Shown here one piece after another: positions 59,874-64,000 of a stretch of DNA of 64,000 nt. The number at the start of each line of letters is the position of its first letter. Position 1 is the stretch's first letter. Origin of the DNA: Spirochaetia bacterium (lineage in GTDB: Bacteria > Spirochaetota > Spirochaetia > CAKZLE01); assembly GCA_963677595.1 (NCBI GenBank), contig OY782041.1:1-64000 (forward strand), written 5' to 3'. The notes below the pieces were generated by a model. That model had not been told where the DNA came from. It saw only the letters and a list, made by a program, of their open reading frames with translations, and searched no databases. The position numbers and the translations under genes are program-made.

Positions 59874-61910
59874 TCAAGCTTCTCCAAATCGTATTTCTAT
59901 CATGCTGTGACCCCGCACTTCGGGAACGGTGAACTCCACCTTGTCTTCCGTGCTGAGGAAGGGCAGTTCCCGCCCTTCCGGGACCATCACAACGCCAGTC
60001 ACTGTCCGCTCCCCTGTCTGCAGGGAGATGCCCAACTGGTGGAGGGGGATCACATCCTCGATGATCTCTATCTGCTCCGCCCGCCGTTCGGGGATGTAGT
60101 GAATCAGGTGGGCCACCCAGCGGTTCTTAGCTTCCTGGCTGTTCAGGGTGACCTTCAACGTCGATGGGCCGTTATGGTGTACACGCCGGTCGATGAGCAT
60201 ATCGACAGCATTGAGCAGCATAGTCTTCACCCATCTCGGTCCTTTCTTCCGGTAGGTGGTACAGATCGGGTGGGAGAAGTAGATCACGTTCCCTCGCCTG
60301 GTAACCGCCGGTGCACCGACTTCCCCCGATGAGGGGGTGTGCTGGTGGGAACTGTAGTGTTCCGGAGTCCGGTAGAACCACGGCTTGATGACAGAACCCA
60401 GCAGTTCCGTATCGGCTGCTGAGGCCTCGACGGTCAGCCCCCTGATGTACATGGCAAGCTCCGTATCAGGGAGACCGGCATGGATCGGGGACTCATGCCT
60501 GATGAAGTCGCAGTAGTCGTTGGTGAAATAGTCCTTACCCGCAGACCGTTCACCCTGCCAGTCAGTATCATCAACAGCACACTTCCTGATCCCGAACTCT
60601 TCCAGGGCGAAGTCCTTCCCGTCCGGCTTGAGCCCTGACTCGAAAGACGCGATCAGGGAACCGCCTGCAATCAGGTACTCCCGTATCTTCCCCGCAAGGC
60701 TCTCGTCAACCGGTACAGAATCGGGCATGATGAGCAGCTTGTAGCGCGAGAAGTCACTGAGGCTGTCGATGATGTCGAACTGCGCGGCTGACTCCTCGAG
60801 CATCCGCATGATGCCGATCATGGGAGCCGGGCTCTCATGGTCCGCCCACTCCTCGAGGTTGAAGACACCGATATCGACGACGGGGGTCACGTCCCTACAC
60901 CAGGGTTCCTTCTCCCGTACCGAACGGTAGACGTTGCCGATGAGCTCATAGGTAGCCTGGTCGATCTTCCCTGACGGGAGGAGCTGATCCCCGATCGAGC
61001 AGCCGCCGCCGGCTGCGAGCATGGAGAAGCACTCGAACTCGAGTGCCGCCTGGTTCTTGAGGGAGTGGAAGTCCCCCCAGTAGGTATGGAACTTCCCCGT
61101 CATGCCGAGGAACTCCTTGCCGAGGGTCCGCGTGAAGCGCGATACGAGGGGGAAATGGGTGTATCCCCATCCCCCTGACGGGAGAGATTCCACCTCTAGG
61201 TGGGTATAGGCATCGAGGGAGTCCCTGATCCCGGGCCCGACATGCGACCCGTTGAAGAAGATGGTGCAGTCCGGGTTGAAAGACCTGATGAACTGCGCGA
61301 TCTCCTTCTTGAACTCCCTGATCATGATGTGGGCATACTTCATGCGGTCTACTTTTTTCAGCGGGTCCAGTCCGAGTTCATACATCCCCTCCTTACAGTA
61401 CCGACAGCTGCAGTCGCGCTCCTGCACGATATCCATGAAGATACCATCGGTAGGCAGGGTGGTCAGGATCTCTTCTAGGTGGGCTTTGAGGAACTCCCGG
61501 TAGGGGGTGTTCACGCAGAGGTAGGTATAGAAACCCGGTTTCTGCGGTGCGTAGTTGTCAAGCGACCCGTCAGGGGCGATCACGCAGTACTCGGGATGCT
61601 CATAGGACATCTTCCCGTCCCACTGGATCGTGGTGTAGATCGGTACCCTGATCCCCTTCGCATGGCATGCCTCGATCTGCTTCTTCAGCAGGTCCGCATC
61701 GACAAGCTTCGGGTGGATGAGTTCCGGGAACTCACATGAGTCATAGTAGAGCCATCCATGATGGCAGCGGGCAAAGCAGGTGATGGAGTCGACCCCGGCA
61801 TCATCGAGGACCCCGGCGAACTCGTCAGGGGAGAACCCCTCACCTACGGAGGGGATCGCGTCCCCGGTGTGAAAATCGAGATGGATCTGTCTATATGGCA
61901 GTTGTTTCAT
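59874..61910 (-). CDS. Putative glycoside hydrolase (GHL6-like TIM barrel plus beta-galactosidase trimerisation-like domain)
   Basis: RQIHLDFHT, FARCHHGWLYY, LCVNTPY, DGIFMDI, HLEVESLPSGGWGY, GMTGKFHTYWGDF. Confidence 0.82.
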   Translation of the reverse strand: MKQLPYRQIHLDFHTGDAIPSVGEGFSPDEFAGVLDDAGVDSITCFARCHHGWLYYDSCEFPELIHPKLVDADLLKKQIEACHAKGIRVPIYTTIQWDGKMSYEHPEYCVIAPDGSLDNYAPQKPGFYTYLCVNTPYREFLKAHLEEILTTLPTDGIFMDIVQERDCSCRYCKEGMYELGLDPLKKVDRMKYAHIMIREFKKEIAQFIRSFNPDCTIFFNGSHVGPGIRDSLDAYTHLEVESLPSGGWGYTHFPLVSRFTRTLGKEFLGMTGKFHTYWGDFHSLKNQAALEFECFSMLAAGGGCSIGDQLLPSGKIDQATYELIGNVYRSVREKEPWCRDVTPVVDIGVFNLEEWADHESPAPMIGIMRMLEESAAQFDIIDSLSDFSRYKLLIMPDSVPVDESLAGKIREYLIAGGSLIASFESGLKPDGKDFALEEFGIRKCAVDDTDWQGERSAGKDYFTNDYCDFIRHESPIHAGLPDTELAMYIRGLTVEASAADTELLGSVIKPWFYRTPEHYSSHQHTPSSGEVGAPAVTRRGNVIYFSHPICTTYRKKGPRWVKTMLLNAVDMLIDRRVHHNGPSTLKVTLNSQEAKNRWVAHLIHYIPERRAEQIEIIEDVIPLHQLGISLQTGERTVTGVVMVPEGRELPFLSTEDKVEFTVPEVRGHSMIEIRFGEA

Positions 61911-61985
61911 AGTGTACTCCGATGGATGATACCGCCCTCTCTTCTTCAAAGTGAGGGCGGTATCAGGATGTCAGGGATCAGTTAT

Positions 61986-63629
61986 CTATTTGAACTGTCG
62001 GTCGTAAGCTTTCTGTGACACGGCGAGGAGGTCATCCTGCCCAAGCTTATCGAGGTTCTTCACATAGGTGTCCCAGTCAGACTCGATGTCAAGGTCGCCG
62101 ACGATGTACTGTACGAGTGACTGCTTCACATACGTTGCGTATTCGGTCTTGACCGTAGCATACTCGGAGACTTCGTCAGCAAGGAACTTCAACCGCGGCA
62201 GGGCCTTGGAGGGATCTGCATGCGGCTTGTAGAGGTCCCTAGTTGCCTCATAGAGCATCTTCTCAAGCCCATCGGTCCCCCAGAGGTCGGCATCCTGTTC
62301 GGTTGCCTTCCCGAGCCGGAAGTCGCTGGTGAGCGCCCTCGGGCCTACCTCGATGAAGGACTCGTTCTGCGGGTCGGTATCGTTGAACGGCTTCATGCCG
62401 AACCAGATAGCCTGCTCGCCATCGAGGCCCTTCTCACCCTCTTCAGCCCATCTCCAGCTCTCGCCTTCGATTCCGTTACGTGCACGGAGGGTTCCCTCTG
62501 TCGTGTAGAGGTAGTCAGCCCACTTCACGGCTTCGACCGGGAATTCGCAATCTGCCGAGATGACGAATCGTCCGGGCATGGGCTCTGAGAGGTATGTCGG
62601 AGTGTACTGTACCCCATCCGGTCCCATCAGGGGCTCGAGGGGGCGATAGTTGCTGTAGCGTTCGCCGCCAAAGTTTGAGAAGACACCTCCCCAGCCACCG
62701 GCAGTCACACCGACGATGGGGTCAGCCGAACCTTCGACGAGCTGTACGAGCTGCCCGCCGTCCTGGGTGAATGACCCGGGGAAGATCAGGCCTTCGGCAT
62801 AGAGATCATGGAGATACCTGAGTCCATCACGGTATTCCGGTGTGTCAACAGCGGTTTCGATGGTACCATTATCCACGTAGAACCCGATGTATCGGTCCGG
62901 TGAGGTATCGATCCTGGAGTCGATATCGGTATAGACAAAGGAGTTGAGCAGGAAGAGGTCTGGAGTACCGTGCCAGGACTTGATGGCTCCTGCGAACGGA
63001 ATCTCGTCAGCTTCACCGTTCCCATTGGGGTCGTTGTCGCGGAAAGCGATGAGCATCTGCCTGAACTCCTCGGTTGTCTTCGGCATGTCGAGGCCGAGGG
63101 CGTCGAGGAAGGGCTGGTAGACCCACAGTTTGTTCGCGTTCTCGCAGTGGTAGCAGATATTGAAGGAAGGCAGGCCGTAGATCTTCCCGTCAGGGCTGGT
63201 GATGGCTCCCCATGCACCGGGAATCTCATCAAGGATCTTCTTCAGGTTCGGCATGTGCTCATCGATCAGGTCGTTAAGCGGCAGCAGCAGCTGCTCCTCG
63301 GTCCCGTAGAGGGAGAGCTTGTCATCGGTGAACCCGAGGCCGAAGAAGACATCCGGATAGTCCCCGCTGGCCAGTACGAGGTTCAGTTTCTCCTCTTCAG
63401 CCTGCTCGGGGATGGTCTCCCAAGTGATCTGCACACCGGTCTTGTCTTCCATGTGCTTGGTGAACTCATTCGTGTAGTAGTCCTCGATATAGACGGCTTC
63501 CACAGTCATGAACGTCAGTTCGGGCTGCTTATCGGCAGCGGCGGTCTCTTCAGCCTGACCTTTCGCGAAGGCAGGGCATGCTGCAGCGATTACCAGCAGC
63601 ATCATGAGCATCAGTCTCATGTGTTTCAT
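61986..63629 (-). CDS. Carbohydrate ABC transporter substrate-binding protein
   Basis: Signal ending AFAKGQAE; KLNLVLASGDYPD, PDGKIYGLP, FRDNDPNGNGEADEIP. Confidence 0.9.
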   Translation of the reverse strand: MKHMRLMLMMLLVIAAACPAFAKGQAEETAAADKQPELTFMTVEAVYIEDYYTNEFTKHMEDKTGVQITWETIPEQAEEEKLNLVLASGDYPDVFFGLGFTDDKLSLYGTEEQLLLPLNDLIDEHMPNLKKILDEIPGAWGAITSPDGKIYGLPSFNICYHCENANKLWVYQPFLDALGLDMPKTTEEFRQMLIAFRDNDPNGNGEADEIPFAGAIKSWHGTPDLFLLNSFVYTDIDSRIDTSPDRYIGFYVDNGTIETAVDTPEYRDGLRYLHDLYAEGLIFPGSFTQDGGQLVQLVEGSADPIVGVTAGGWGGVFSNFGGERYSNYRPLEPLMGPDGVQYTPTYLSEPMPGRFVISADCEFPVEAVKWADYLYTTEGTLRARNGIEGESWRWAEEGEKGLDGEQAIWFGMKPFNDTDPQNESFIEVGPRALTSDFRLGKATEQDADLWGTDGLEKMLYEATRDLYKPHADPSKALPRLKFLADEVSEYATVKTEYATYVKQSLVQYIVGDLDIESDWDTYVKNLDKLGQDDLLAVSQKAYDRQFK

Positions 63630-63661
63630 ACAATACTCCTTTTGCAGTATAGGTTATTTCT

Positions 63662-64000
63662 TTATCCTTTGACAGAACCGATCATGATTCCTTTCACGAA
63701 ATGCTTCTGTACAAAGGGATAAATGATGAGTAAGGGCGCACTTGACACAACGATCAGTGCATATTTCAGGACATCGGCAAGTCCCTGCTTCCTGGCCATG
63801 ATGCTGATGTCCTTGATCATGTTCCCGTCCATCTGGTTGAGGATCAGGATGTTCCACAGCACGATCTGCAGCGGGAAGAGCTCCCGGCTCTTCAGGTAGA
63901 TCAGAGCGTCGAAGTAGGAGTTCCAGATCCAGACGGCATAATAGAGGGACATGACCGCGATGATCGGGCCCGAGAGCGGGAAGACGAAGGAGAAGAGGAA
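63662..64000 (-). CDS. Carbohydrate ABC transporter permease (5' end outside the window)
   Basis: WNSYFDALIYL...PLQIVL...YPFVQKHFVKGIMIGSVKG. Confidence 0.92.
   Translation of the reverse strand, partial: FLFSFVFPLSGPIIAVMSLYYAVWIWNSYFDALIYLKSRELFPLQIVLWNILILNQMDGNMIKDISIMARKQGLADVLKYALIVVSSAPLLIIYPFVQKHFVKGIMIGSVKG

Overview
Chromosomal segment of a GC-rich anaerobic bacterium, most likely a spirochaete. This rests on the tRNA His-Arg-Lys-Leu-Gly / tig-clpP-clpX-lon synteny, the long RarA fusion and several lipoproteins; the taxonomy is inference. The first ~6 kb (xseA, xseB, purU, DUF192, M29 aminopeptidase, CBS-kinase/DRTGG/PHP module) is broken by many single-base indels that look like sequencing error. 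The centrepiece is a complete minus-strand Mo-nitrogenase region: nifV-activator, then nifH-I1-I2-D-K-E-N-B-ferredoxin-modABC. It has two clear sigma54 (-24/-12) promoters whose upstream sites are TAC-N6-GTA (AnfA-type) rather than the TGT-N10-ACA NifA box, and the activator itself looks AnfA/VnfA-like (GSFTGA). Other points of interest are a sigma54 promoter in front of a divergent sigma70-like gene (possible RpoN-to-alternative-sigma cascade), a 4 x ~26 bp palindromic tandem repeat against the rarA promoter, toxin-antitoxin islets, a collapsed sugar-catabolism operon, a response regulator with an apparent ATC start, a secreted 15-aa-repeat protein, and an ABC/glycoside hydrolase/CutC/M81 operon ending in a hairpin with anti-Shine-Dalgarno motifs. 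All calls come from reading the sequence and recalling family motifs; no searches were run.
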